Assembly (NCBI GenBank): GCA_951812955.1
Contig: OX638340.1
Span: 672,001-736,000, forward strand
DNA length: 64,000 nucleotides
Direction: 5' to 3'
From: an uncultured Gemmatimonadota bacterium
Lineage (GTDB): Bacteria; JAAXHH01
Shown here: piece by piece, positions 10,347-20,115 of the stretch
How positions within the stretch are numbered: position 1 is the first letter of the stretch
Layout of the letters: the number at the start of each line of letters is the position of its first letter
Translations under genes and position numbers: made by a program
The notes under the pieces: generated by a model
The model's input: the letters and a program-made list of their open reading frames with translations, nothing else
Database searches by the model: none
Told to the model about the DNA's origin: nothing

Positions 10347-10918
10347 AATTCGGCCAGCTCCTTTCTCAATTGCTGCTTGGCGCGGAATAGCAGCGTCGCT
10401 ACCGTATTTCGTTTCAGCCCGAGGGCATTTCCGATTTCGTCGTAGGTAAACTGGTTATAGTAAGCCAGTATGAGCGGCACGCGGTACTTCTCAGGTAGCG
10501 ATTGGACGGCGGACCGCACGCTTTCCCCCTTTTCCGCCTGCACAAGATATTCGAGCGTATCCTCGGACACCCTGGACGGTCCGATCCGATCGAAGCCTGC
10601 GGTTTCGAAGATCCTGGTCTCCGAACTGCTACGCCGCAATCGGTCAAGACAGTGATTGGTCGCTATTTTAAGCAGCCAGTTCAGGCATGACTTCGAGTGA
10701 TCAATCGTCGAACGCTTCTCGTAGGCGCGGACGAAAACTTCATGGGTCGCGTCCTCGGCCTCGTCGGCTGACTTCAACAGATACCTGCAAAGCGCGAGAA
10801 TCCGCCGGGAGTGCTTCCGGTAGCTCTCGTCGAAGTCGTAATCCATCATGGAGGGATTTCCAGCATTCGAATTCACGTCTCTACTACGGATAACCGGACG
10901 AAATAGTTTCATTTCCAT
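10343..10918 (-). CDS. ECF (sigma-70 family, group 4) RNA polymerase sigma factor
   Basis: Region 2 and region 4 features (LLKIATNHCLDRLRR; YDEIGNALGLKRNTVATLLFRAKQQLR) and a 4-nt overlap with the downstream anti-sigma gene. The true start may be the internal MMDYDF. Confidence 0.8.
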   Translation of the reverse strand: MEMKLFRPVIRSRDVNSNAGNPSMMDYDFDESYRKHSRRILALCRYLLKSADEAEDATHEVFVRAYEKRSTIDHSKSCLNWLLKIATNHCLDRLRRSSSETRIFETAGFDRIGPSRVSEDTLEYLVQAEKGESVRSAVQSLPEKYRVPLILAYYNQFTYDEIGNALGLKRNTVATLLFRAKQQLRKELAEL

Positions 10919-11108
10919 GTCCGAAAGGACTGGTACGCCGGCGGCACCGGTGGAATCGAGACATTACAGGTGGGGACCGGACGGGCCGGTGTTGCGCGTT
11001 ACTGCTGATCAGGCAGGGGAGTGGAAGGGAATAAACCGGGTTACAAAAACACATCGTCAGGCCAGGGGAGCCTGGACGTGCAAATACCCTTCAATTACCG
11101 GCTGTTCC

Positions 11109-14010
11109 CTAATCCTCTACAACGACTTTCTCGACCGCCACAGCGCAGTACTTGAACTCGGGGATCTTGCCCTCGGGATCCAGCGCGTCGTTGGTCAGGA
11201 TATTGGCGGCCGCTTCCTTGAAGTGGAAGGGAATGAAAACGTTGCCTTCGGCGACCCGCGTCGAAGCCTTCGACTTCAGCGTGATGGCGCCGCGGCGGGA
11301 GGAGACGACGACCGGTTCGCCGTCGACTACGCCGAGCAGGTCCAGGTCTGCCGGCGTCATCTCGACGAACGCTTCGGGCGCTATGGCATCCAGGGCCTTC
11401 GCCCGGCGGGTCATGGTTCCCGTATGCCAGTGTTGCAGAAGCCGTCCGGTATTCAGGACAAAGGGGAACTCAGCGTCCGGCAGTTCATCGGGCGGCGCGA
11501 AGGATACGGGCATGAATCGCCCCCGTCCGATGGGGAAGGTGTCGCTGAAGAGGATGGGCTCGTCAAGCGGCCATACCACCGTGCTTTGTTCCATCGATTC
11601 ATAGGTGATCCCATTGAATATAGGCGTTAGGCCCACGATCTCCTCCCAGACTTCCTCCGGCCCCCCGTATTCCCATGCGTCTATCGCATCGCCTTGCTCC
11701 ATCCGTATCATCCGGTTGGCCAGATCGATCAGTATATCCCCGTCCAGCCGCGCTTCGCCTGGTGGCTGGATCGCCTGCCTGCCGACCTGGACCATGCGGT
11801 TGGTGTTGACATAGGTGCCTCGTTTCTCGATCGCGGTGGAAGCCGGCAGGACCACGTCGGCGAATTCGGCGGTCTCCGTCAGGAAGATGTCCTGAACGAC
11901 CAGGAAGGACAGGTTCTGCAGGGCTTTTCTTACCTTGTTCATGTTCGGGTCCGACAGGAAGGGATTCTCTCCCATCATGAACATGCCCGCGATGCGTCCA
12001 TCGAGCGCGCCGTGCATGATCTCCACGACGGTCAGTCCATCCGCCGGATCCAGGGCTTTGCCCCATGCGGATTCGAATCGTCTGCGAACTTCCTGGTCCG
12101 TAACAGGCTGATAGCCCGGGTAGTACCGGGGGATCAGTCCCACGTCAGAAGCGCCCTGCACGTTGTTCTGGCCGCGCAGGGGATGCAGCCCGGTGCCGCG
12201 GCGCCCGATATTGCCGGTCATGAGACACAGCGAAATGAGCGCGCGGGCATTGTCGGTGCCCTTGACGTGCTGGCTGATCCCCATGCCCCAGAAGATGATC
12301 GCCCGCTCCGCGCGCCCGTAAACTCGCGCCAGCTCTTCAATCAATTCCGCGGAAACGCCGGTGATCCTGGAGGTCATTTCCGGGTTGTATGAACGCACCG
12401 ATTCGGCGAGTGCTTCGATTTTTTCGGTACGGTCCGCGATGAACGCGTCGTCCTGCAATCCTTCCCGCAGAATTACGTGCATCAATCCGTTGAGTAACGC
12501 GACATCCGTGCCGGGCTTGAACCGCACGTACCGGGTGGCGTGGTCCGCGATGGTGGGCCGACGCGGATCGAGCACGTAGAGCTTGATCCCCTTCTGGGCC
12601 GCCTGTTTCAAGTAGGTGGCGGCAACGGGATGGTTGTCCTCGGTATTGGAGCCGATCACGAAGATCACGTCCGTATCGAGGACTTCCTGGAAGGCGTTCG
12701 ACACGGCCCCGCTTCCGATGGCCTCCGTGAGTGCCGCAACGGAAGACGCGTGGCAGAGACGCGTGCAGTGGTCTACGTTGTTGGTACCGAATACGACACG
12801 GATCAGCTTCTGGAAGAGGTAGGCTTCCTCGTTGGTGACCTTGGCCGAACCGAAGCCGGCCAGGGCGCCCGGTCCGTTCGATTGCTTGATTTCCAGCAGC
12901 TTTCGGGCCGCGAGGTCGAGCGCCTCATCCCATTCGGCTTCCCGGTATACTTCGCGGATGCGGTCGTTCCAGTCCGCGGACCGCAGCGAACGCCTGAATT
13001 CCCGGTAATCCGTAAAATCCGCCGAAAGCGGTTGCTTGGGATAGGCGTCTTCCCTCCTGATGAGCGGTTTCAGGAGCCGCTGCGGATGGTGCGTGTAGTC
13101 GTAGCCATACCTTCCCTTGACACACAGCCTGCCTTCCGTGTGGGTTTCCTCCCGTCCGGTCGCCCTCAGGATCCTGTTGTTTCGAACATGGTACGTGATG
13201 CCACAGCCCACCCCGCAGTAGGGACACAGGGAGTCGATCCGCGTAACGTCCCGTTCATCCCCTTGCGAAACGACATCGCGGGGTACGTGTTGTTCGCGAT
13301 CGGACAGGCAATCCGGGTCTGCGGCCGGTTTCACGGACCCGGGACTGCTCCCGGCCGTATCTACGAGCGGGATGTCGGTCAGAGCCCCGGTGGGACAGGC
13401 GGCCACACATTCACCGCAGGAGACGCAGGAGGACTTCCCCATGGGCAGGTCGTTGTCGAAGGCGATCCGGGTACCGCAGCCCTTGCCGGCACGGCCAATG
13501 ACGTCGTTTACCTGCACGTCGTCGCAGGCGCGGATACAACGGTCGCACAGGATGCAGGCATTGTGCGCCACCGCGATCACCGGCGAGGACACATCCTCAT
13601 GTTGCGTCGGATTCGGCGCCGCCGGGGCAAACCTATCGGGTCGCGCGGCGAGTTGCCTACCCAGACGCGCCAGTTCATCATGCTCGACCGGCTTGCGCCG
13701 TTCCGGCGCCTTCGGCTGTCCGGCCTCCAGCAATTCCACGAGGGTACGGCGGGTGCGCCGGACCCGCTCCGTATCGGTACGCACGACCATGCCCTCTTCC
13801 ACCTGGCGGATGCAAGCCGCCGGCAAGGTCCGGGCGTTTTCCACGTCTACTACGCACACGCGGCATACGGCCACGGGACGCATCCCTGGATCGTGGCAAA
13901 GCGTGGGGATTTCGATACCGGCCGAGCGGGCCGCATCCCAGATCGTGGCGCCTTCCGGCGCGGTTACGCGTCTGCCGTCGAGGGTCAGCGTCACGGAATC
14001 ACTGCGCATC
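11109..14010 (-). CDS. fdhA: Formate dehydrogenase catalytic (alpha) subunit, molybdopterin oxidoreductase with N-terminal 2Fe-2S/4Fe-4S domains; Cys-type with no in-frame TGA
   Basis: N-terminus MRSDSVTLTLDGRRVTAPEGATIWDAA...CHDPG...CRVC followed by multiple Cys clusters and the molybdopterin-binding regions. The longer ORF extending to 14189 reads through the upstream gene's 3' end and is not credible. Confidence 0.8.
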
Positions 14011-15702
14011 GGCACCGCCCGTGGTACGATCGGCCTGGCGATCGGCCTGAGGATCGGCCTGGCGATCCGCCGCTTGCCGACAGAGGATCTCGAACTCTTC
14101 CGGGAAATGCCGGCGGGCGGAGGTAAGCGGAAGTGCCGCAGCCTGGCCGAGCCCGCATATGGACGATAGCTCCATCGCTTCTGCAACATCCTTTACGGGT
14201 GCCAGCATGTCGGGCCGCCCGTTGCCTTCAAGTACCTTTTCCAATAGCTGAACGAGATGCTCCGTACCGGTCCGGCAGGGCACGCACTTTCCGCAGGATT
14301 CGTTGCGAAAGAACGTTACCGCGTTCAAGGCTAGATCCACCATGTTTGTGCCCTCGGCCAGAACGATGACCGCACCGGACCCCAGCATGGACCCGGCGTC
14401 CGCGAGGGGCTTGAAGTCAAGCGGGATATCCGCCATGGAAGCTGGAAGGAAACCCGACGACGTGCCTCCCGGAGAAAAGGCCTTCAGCTTGCGACCGTCG
14501 GAAACGCCGCCCCCCTCGTTATCAATGAGATCGCGAACCCGCGTTCCGAGGGGGATTTCGTACACGCCGGGCCGGTTGACATGCCCGCTGAGGGCGATGT
14601 ACTTGCGTCCCGCCGCGCCGTTTATCCCCTGGCTTCTGAACCATTCGGCGCCGCGACGCAAAATGGCGGGCACCCAGGCGAACGTCTCCACATTGTTGAT
14701 GAGCGTGGGCCTGCCGTGTAGCCCGTGCGTACCCGGGAACGGCGGCTTGTTCCGGGGTTCTGCACGTTTGCCTTCCATTGCTTCCAGCAGAGCCGTCTCC
14801 TCGCCGCAGATATAACCGCCCGGACTGTCGAAGATCTCAAGGTGAAACGAATGTTCCGAATTGAACACGCCGTCGCCCAGGTATCCCGCGGAGTAGAACG
14901 CCCTGATGGTCTTCTCCAGCACTTCCCGTTCCCGTTCGTATTCATGGCGAAGGTAAAGGTATCCCTGATTTGCCCCGACCACGAGACCACCCAGGATCAG
15001 CCCTTCGACGACGAGATGGGGATAGTGGTACAGGATCTCGCGGTCCTTGAACGTGCCGGGTTCGCTCTCGTCCGCATTGCAGATCGCGTACTTGTCCTCG
15101 GATTCGGCCTTTCGGACCAGATCCCACTTCACCCCCGTCGGGAACCCGGCTCCGCCCATGCCGCACAGCCCGCTGTCCTTGATTACCTGCAGAATCCGGT
15201 CCGAGTTGCCGTCCGAAACCCACGCTTTTAACGATTCGGCGGCCAGTGGATGGCCATAGGGATCAATAAGCCCGGGGCTGGCACGCCGCCGGGTGGGCTG
15301 CCGGGCGACCCTTCCGTCCTCGGCCAACCGGGCGACGAAATTGCTAAGACGGTCCGGTGACATGGAACGGTAACTGAGATCGTTGATCGAGACCGCCGGC
15401 GCCCCATCGCACTGTCCAAGGCAGGAAACTCCGGTTACCTCCCAGTTTTCAAGCCCGGCATAATCCACGGTTTCCCGCAGGGTCTCCAGCAGGTCACAGG
15501 CGCCGTGGAGGTGGCACGTGAGGTCGGTACAGACGCGCAGCGTAGCCACCGGGGGAGGCTCAAGTCTGAAGTGAGGGTAGAAGCTGGCCACGCCATGGGC
15601 TTCGTAGAGGGGAATGCCCTTCCGCTCCGACAGGGATTTCAGTTCATCTTCAGGCAGATAGCCGTGGCGCGCCTGTATCTCCTTCAGATCATCTATCAGC
15701 AT
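13999..15702 (-). CDS. NuoE-like thioredoxin-fold 2Fe-2S domain fused to NuoF-like NAD/FMN/4Fe-4S flavoprotein (formate dehydrogenase beta/gamma fusion)
   Basis: N-terminal VCTDLTCHLHGA...CLGQCDGAP (NuoE 2Fe-2S) followed by the GMGGAGFPTG and ESCGKCVPCR motifs of the 51-kDa NuoF family. The 12-nt overlap with fdhA start suggests translational coupling. Confidence 0.8.
   Translation of the reverse strand: MLIDDLKEIQARHGYLPEDELKSLSERKGIPLYEAHGVASFYPHFRLEPPPVATLRVCTDLTCHLHGACDLLETLRETVDYAGLENWEVTGVSCLGQCDGAPAVSINDLSYRSMSPDRLSNFVARLAEDGRVARQPTRRRASPGLIDPYGHPLAAESLKAWVSDGNSDRILQVIKDSGLCGMGGAGFPTGVKWDLVRKAESEDKYAICNADESEPGTFKDREILYHYPHLVVEGLILGGLVVGANQGYLYLRHEYEREREVLEKTIRAFYSAGYLGDGVFNSEHSFHLEIFDSPGGYICGEETALLEAMEGKRAEPRNKPPFPGTHGLHGRPTLINNVETFAWVPAILRRGAEWFRSQGINGAAGRKYIALSGHVNRPGVYEIPLGTRVRDLIDNEGGGVSDGRKLKAFSPGGTSSGFLPASMADIPLDFKPLADAGSMLGSGAVIVLAEGTNMVDLALNAVTFFRNESCGKCVPCRTGTEHLVQLLEKVLEGNGRPDMLAPVKDVAEAMELSSICGLGQAAALPLTSARRHFPEEFEILCRQAADRQADPQADRQADRTTGGADAQ
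14028..14075 (-). repeat. 12-nt tandem repeat (gatcggcctggc/gag, about 3.5 copies) encoding a DRQA/DPQA repeat tail at the C-terminus of the NuoEF-like protein
   Basis: Read directly from the sequence. Confidence 0.7.
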
Positions 15703-15725
15703 GTAACTGGTCCGGTATGATTCGG

Positions 15726-16493
15726 TTACGAGGCGAGTTGGCGTATCGAGGTCGTCCAGCCCGAGTCGTCGATATCGACGATCCGGAACGCGGCCGGTTC
15801 GTCCGTAGCAATGACACGGGTGCCGTCCGCTCTGATTACGGGGTCCTTGCGAAACTGCAGTCCCACGCTCGGTGCGGTCAGGACGGTTGCATGGTCGAGT
15901 TCAATGCAGAAGTCGTGGTGCACGTGACCGCACAGGATCAGTCGTAACGAGGGGTGGGCATTGCATATTCGGAGAAAACGGCCGCTTTCCTGCAGTATCA
16001 ACTCATCCATCCAGGCGACGCCCACGGGTACGGGCGGGTGATGCATGCAGATGACGGCGGGCGGATTGGTAGACAACCCACGCTCCAGCCAGTCCAGCTG
16101 AACGTCGTTCAGCCTGCCCGCCACCTCCCCTTCGTCCTGCGTATCGAGCACGATAACCCGTTGGCCGGCCCGCTCCAGCGCGTAGTAGTAAGGGGCCGAA
16201 TTCGCAACGGACTCTTCCAGCATGATCCGGCGGAAGACCGGTCTGTAATCGTGATTGCCTATAGCCATGTGACAGGGAAAACGAAGGTAAGAAAGAACGT
16301 CCTTGATCGCCCGGTAGGAGTCTTCGGATCCGTCGTTTATTTGATCGCCCGTCATGACGACGAGATCGGGCGAGGGACTCAGCACGTTGACCGCATCAAT
16401 GGCGGCCCGAAGCCGTCCCAGCGTGTCCTGGCCGTGGACGGGCTGCCGGTCCGCCGGCACGATATGGGGATCGGAAAGCTGAACGATGCGCAT
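15726..16493 (-). CDS. Metallophosphoesterase (calcineurin-like; CpdA-type phosphodiesterase)
   Basis: DPH...GDQ...GNHD...GHVH metallophosphatase motifs in order. Confidence 0.75.
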   Translation of the reverse strand: MRIVQLSDPHIVPADRQPVHGQDTLGRLRAAIDAVNVLSPSPDLVVMTGDQINDGSEDSYRAIKDVLSYLRFPCHMAIGNHDYRPVFRRIMLEESVANSAPYYYALERAGQRVIVLDTQDEGEVAGRLNDVQLDWLERGLSTNPPAVICMHHPPVPVGVAWMDELILQESGRFLRICNAHPSLRLILCGHVHHDFCIELDHATVLTAPSVGLQFRKDPVIRADGTRVIATDEPAAFRIVDIDDSGWTTSIRQLAS

Positions 16494-16496
16494 GAA

Positions 16497-17993
16497 TCAG
16501 GGTTTCCAATCTCTAACCAGCTGAACGAGCAGGCGAACCCCCACTCCTGTAGCGCCTTTAGGGCAATAGGACTTGCTCGACTCCGTGTAGGCCGTTCCCG
16601 CGATGTCCAGGTGCACCCAGGGACGCTCGATGAATTTCTCCAGAAAGGCGCCGGCGGTCAGTGCGCCGCCCCATCGACCGCCCGTGTTTTTCACGTCGGC
16701 GATATGGCTCTTGATCTGGTCGTGGTAATCCTTCCAGATTGGCAGGGGCCAGACTCGCTCGCCCGTCGTCTCTCCAGCCTTGCGTACCCGTTCCTGCAAA
16801 GGCTCGTCATTGCCCATCATCCCCGATGCCGCGTGGCCGAGGGCGACCACACATGCGCCGGTCAACGTGGCCAGGTCGATCACCGCCGCCGGACTGAATC
16901 GTTCCGCGTACCCCAGGGCGTCGGCCAGGACGAGGCGCCCCTCGGCGTCGGTGTTGATGACTTCGATCGTCTTCCCCGAAAGGGCCGTGATGATGTCGCC
17001 TGGTTTCAAAGCCTTGCCGTCCGGGAGGTTTTCGGTGGCGGGAACGAGCCCCACCACGTGAAGGGGTGGTTTCAACATGGCGATAGACTGCATGGCGCCG
17101 ATTACGGCCGCCGCGCCCGACATGTCGTGTTTCATTTCTTCCATGCCGCCGCTTGACTTGATGGAAATGCCCCCGCTATCGAAGGTGATGCCCTTCCCAA
17201 CGAAAACCAGGGTATCCCGGTCTTCGGAAGGTTCTCCGTACTCCAGAACAATGAATCGGGGGGGTTCCTCACTGCCCGCATTGACTGCGACCAAAGCGCC
17301 CATGCGTTCTTTTTCAATGTCCTTACGGGTAAGGACTCGGCATTTAAGATCGGAATCAGCGGCCATTTTTCGGGCGGCCGAAGCCAACTTGCGCGGTGGT
17401 AGCGCATTCCCTGGGGCGTTGGAGAGGTCGCGTGCCAGCGCCGTTCCCGCGGCGGTTATCCGCGCGGTTTCGATTCCGTCCCGGACCTCATTGGCTTGTG
17501 CGCGCTGCTGTATCACGACCGTCAGGTTCTCGAGCCTGGTTCGCTCGGGACCGGCGGACTTGTGGCAATCATATCGGTATTCGCCCAGTAACAGTCCTTC
17601 CACGGTGGCTTGTGTGCATTCCTGCAGTTCAAAGTCCGGTACGTCCAGTCCATGCACGGCCGTCGAAAGTTCAGAGACGCCGAGTTTAAGCGCCCGTTTG
17701 ACCGCTATGCCCGATGCGCGCCGGGCCGTTTCCAGACAGAAGTCGTTTCGTGGTCCGAGCCCCAGGAGGATAACCCTTCCGGGCGGCGCCTGGCCGCACG
17801 GATACAGCACCGCGACTTCCTGTTCATCGCCCTTGAAATCACCCAACTTCAGCATGCCATGCAGATAACGGCGCAGGGCGCTCTCCATGACCATGGAATC
17901 GGTCTCCTCGAGCTGATCGCCCTTGAAGAGCCCGATGATTACGTTGGTGTCGATTTCCGATCCGATTCGACCGATTTTCACGTCTATTTGCAT
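16497..17993 (-). CDS. pepA: Leucyl aminopeptidase (M17)
   Basis: NTDAEGRLVLADAL signature; about 500 aa. Confidence 0.9.
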   Translation of the reverse strand: MQIDVKIGRIGSEIDTNVIIGLFKGDQLEETDSMVMESALRRYLHGMLKLGDFKGDEQEVAVLYPCGQAPPGRVILLGLGPRNDFCLETARRASGIAVKRALKLGVSELSTAVHGLDVPDFELQECTQATVEGLLLGEYRYDCHKSAGPERTRLENLTVVIQQRAQANEVRDGIETARITAAGTALARDLSNAPGNALPPRKLASAARKMAADSDLKCRVLTRKDIEKERMGALVAVNAGSEEPPRFIVLEYGEPSEDRDTLVFVGKGITFDSGGISIKSSGGMEEMKHDMSGAAAVIGAMQSIAMLKPPLHVVGLVPATENLPDGKALKPGDIITALSGKTIEVINTDAEGRLVLADALGYAERFSPAAVIDLATLTGACVVALGHAASGMMGNDEPLQERVRKAGETTGERVWPLPIWKDYHDQIKSHIADVKNTGGRWGGALTAGAFLEKFIERPWVHLDIAGTAYTESSKSYCPKGATGVGVRLLVQLVRDWKP

Positions 17994-18092
17994 GCGTTTC
18001 CGTCCGGTTTGCGGCCGGTAGATCGTACTGTACGACTATACGATCACCCTGACCGGGTGAATTGGGGTCTCACCGAATGTGTTTCATCAACA

Positions 18093-18317
18093 TTAATGAT
18101 GGCATCCGCAGGCGGGACCGCATGGCGCGGATGGCACGGGTGCCGGGGCCGCCGAGGTGTCTTTCGCCGAAATCGCCGTGGCGAAGGCGGAGAATTTCTT
18201 GACCACGTCGTTGTCCGAGCACGCGGGGCACGAAACGTTTTCCGACGCGTCCGCGTTCTTTACCAGCAATTCAAAATCTTCACCACAACTGGCGCATTCA
18301 TATTCGAAAACAGGCAT
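18093..18317 (-). CDS. FmdB-family zinc-ribbon protein
   Basis: MPVFEYECASCGEDFE...CPAC plus a second C-terminal Cys cluster; 74 aa. Confidence 0.7.
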   Translation of the reverse strand: MPVFEYECASCGEDFELLVKNADASENVSCPACSDNDVVKKFSAFATAISAKDTSAAPAPVPSAPCGPACGCHH

Positions 18318-18403
18318 AACGATAACACTCCAATGGGATGTTGCGGCGCCGGGCCGAAACCCGGTCGCGATGATGCATGCTAACCGCCGTCAGGTAATTC
18401 CGG

Positions 18404-19711
18404 TTAAACGTTGTTTGCTTCCTCGCGCTTCAGGCGATAGGCCCTGTCCAGCAGTTCCACCGGATGAAGGACATCGATCTCCCTTCCGTCCCGTCGAACG
18501 CCGTGCTGGATCTGAAGGATGCAGCCGGGATTTCCTGTCGCCACCATATCGGGCTCCGCTTGTCTGACATGACCCATCTTGCGGACCAGCAGCCTGTCCG
18601 CCATTTCGGGATGCGTCAGGTTGTATATGCCGGCGCTGCCGCAGCACCAGTCCGATTCCTCCAGTTCGACGAGTTCGAGTCCGGGAATCAGGCTCAGCAG
18701 GTCCCGGGGTTCCTCCCGCACGCGCTGGCCGTGAGCAAGGTGGCAGGCGTCGTGATAGGCGACCCGCGCCCTGATCGTACCCATCTCCTCATTAACGGGT
18801 ATCCCGGCGAGAAACTCGTGAACGTCCTTAACCTTGTTCGAAAAGGCAAAGGCGCGGTCTCGGTAAGCGGGATCCCCTGCCAGCAAATCACCGTACTCTT
18901 TCAGTTGTGCACCGCAGCCCGCGGCGTTTATGATGATGGTGTCCACTTCCGCCTTTTCGAAAGCATCGATGTTCCTGCGGGCAAGCGATTCGGCCACGGT
19001 ACGCTCACCGCTGTGCACCTGAAGCGCGCCGCAGCAGGTCTGTGTCTCGGGTATGACTACGTCGCAACCGTTTTCGTTCAACACCCGGGCGGTGGCGGTG
19101 TTCACATGGGTGAACATTTCGTTCATCACGCAACCCGATATCAGGCCCACGCGGTGGCTGGACTTCCCCCGTGCGGGCATGAACGGTCTCAACTGCCCTT
19201 TCATGGCCCGGTCCGGCATGACAGGGATCATGGATTCCATGTCGCGAATCCGTGACGGGAGCAGTTTCGTCAATCCCAGAATCCGTACGATCTTCTGAAG
19301 ACCCAGTGCCTGGTAGGCGCGCAACGGCAGGAAGGCGACGGAGAGCCTGAAGCGCGAAGGCAGCAGCATTTCGAACACGAGTTTCCGGAGAAACCGGTCA
19401 ATCACGGAACGGGGCCGTTTTTCCGCGATCTCCGCCCGGGCGGCTTCCACGAGACTGCCGTAGTGGACACCCGCGGGACAGGCCGTTTCGCAGGCCCGGC
19501 AGTCCAGGCACCCGTCCATGTGCTTCTCGAAATGATCCGTCAGTTCAATTCGACCATCCGCATAGGCGCGCATGAGGTGGATGCGGCCACGCGGCGAATC
19601 CATTTCCACGCCGAGTTCAGTATAAGTCGGACATGCCGGAAGACACAATCCGCAGTGCACGCAATCCAGAAACTTGTCGTATTCGTGTACCAGTCTATTC
19701 TGCGAGCTCAT
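18404..19711 (-). CDS. (Fe-S)-binding oxidoreductase subunit, GlcF / heterodisulfide-reductase-like (two 4Fe-4S ferredoxin motifs plus two CCG domains)
   Basis: CVHCGLCLPACP and CLDCRACETACP ferredoxin motifs, then CCG-type cysteine-rich repeats (QTCCGA...; WCCGSAG). The likely start is the internal ATG at 19711 (MSSQNRL); the ORF extending to 19807 is less likely. Confidence 0.75.
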   Translation of the reverse strand: MSSQNRLVHEYDKFLDCVHCGLCLPACPTYTELGVEMDSPRGRIHLMRAYADGRIELTDHFEKHMDGCLDCRACETACPAGVHYGSLVEAARAEIAEKRPRSVIDRFLRKLVFEMLLPSRFRLSVAFLPLRAYQALGLQKIVRILGLTKLLPSRIRDMESMIPVMPDRAMKGQLRPFMPARGKSSHRVGLISGCVMNEMFTHVNTATARVLNENGCDVVIPETQTCCGALQVHSGERTVAESLARRNIDAFEKAEVDTIIINAAGCGAQLKEYGDLLAGDPAYRDRAFAFSNKVKDVHEFLAGIPVNEEMGTIRARVAYHDACHLAHGQRVREEPRDLLSLIPGLELVELEESDWCCGSAGIYNLTHPEMADRLLVRKMGHVRQAEPDMVATGNPGCILQIQHGVRRDGREIDVLHPVELLDRAYRLKREEANNV

Positions 19712-19941
19712 GCTATACGGATTCCGATCTTGCGGGAACGGGTGTACCGGCCGGTCGCGCCTGGACGCGCCTGGTCGCACCTGGACCGGCCTGGCCATGG
19801 CGCTCACGAGGGGATTCCACTAAGTGCAACGGCACGATCGGCTGGTTTGCAGGGCGATAGTCGTAGAATAACAGTAGTTTAAACGTATAATGTCAAGCAG
19901 TTTATGGGATGTCCACAGGGCGAAATAAACCTTCCATATTC

Positions 19942-20078
19942 CGTCGATTGACATACTTTCCCCTGAAGACGCCGCCGGCTTGCGTGGCGCGGTAGGGAAC
20001 ATCCGAAATTCACCGTTCGACATACTTTCCCTTGAAGACGCCGCCGGCTTGCGTGGCGCGATAGGGAACATCCGATTC
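19942..20078. repeat. Tandem duplication of about 69 bp (2 copies, about 95% identical) in the 5' region of the DapA-family gene; each copy contains a TTGACA hexamer
   Basis: gacatactttccc(c)tgaagacgccgccggcttgcgtggcgcg(g/a)tagggaacatccga occurs at 19950 and 20019. Confidence 0.75.
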
Positions 20079-20115
20079 GTACGTCATGTCCACCCGACTG
20101 GAAGGAGTTGTACGC

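Noticed and set aside
11109-14010. Selenocysteine-containing formate dehydrogenase
   Set aside because: The reading frame is uninterrupted and no in-frame TGA is present, so this is a Cys-type enzyme and no SECIS call is warranted.
12540-14126. 528-aa plus-strand ORF
   Set aside because: It runs antisense to the well-supported formate dehydrogenase alpha gene and is Arg/Gly/Pro-rich, which is typical of spurious open frames in high-GC DNA.
14011-14189. N-terminal extension of the fdhA ORF (ARPILRPIARPIVPRA repeat peptide)
   Set aside because: The extension reads backwards through the 3' end and repeat tail of the upstream NuoEF-like gene. The true start is the ATG at 14010 (MRSDSV...).
15954-17156. 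400-aa plus-strand ORF
   Set aside because: It lies antisense to the metallophosphoesterase and pepA genes and has GC-driven composition.
17610-18383. 257-aa plus-strand ORF
   Set aside because: It overlaps the pepA N-terminus and the FmdB gene on the opposite strand and has no recognisable motifs.
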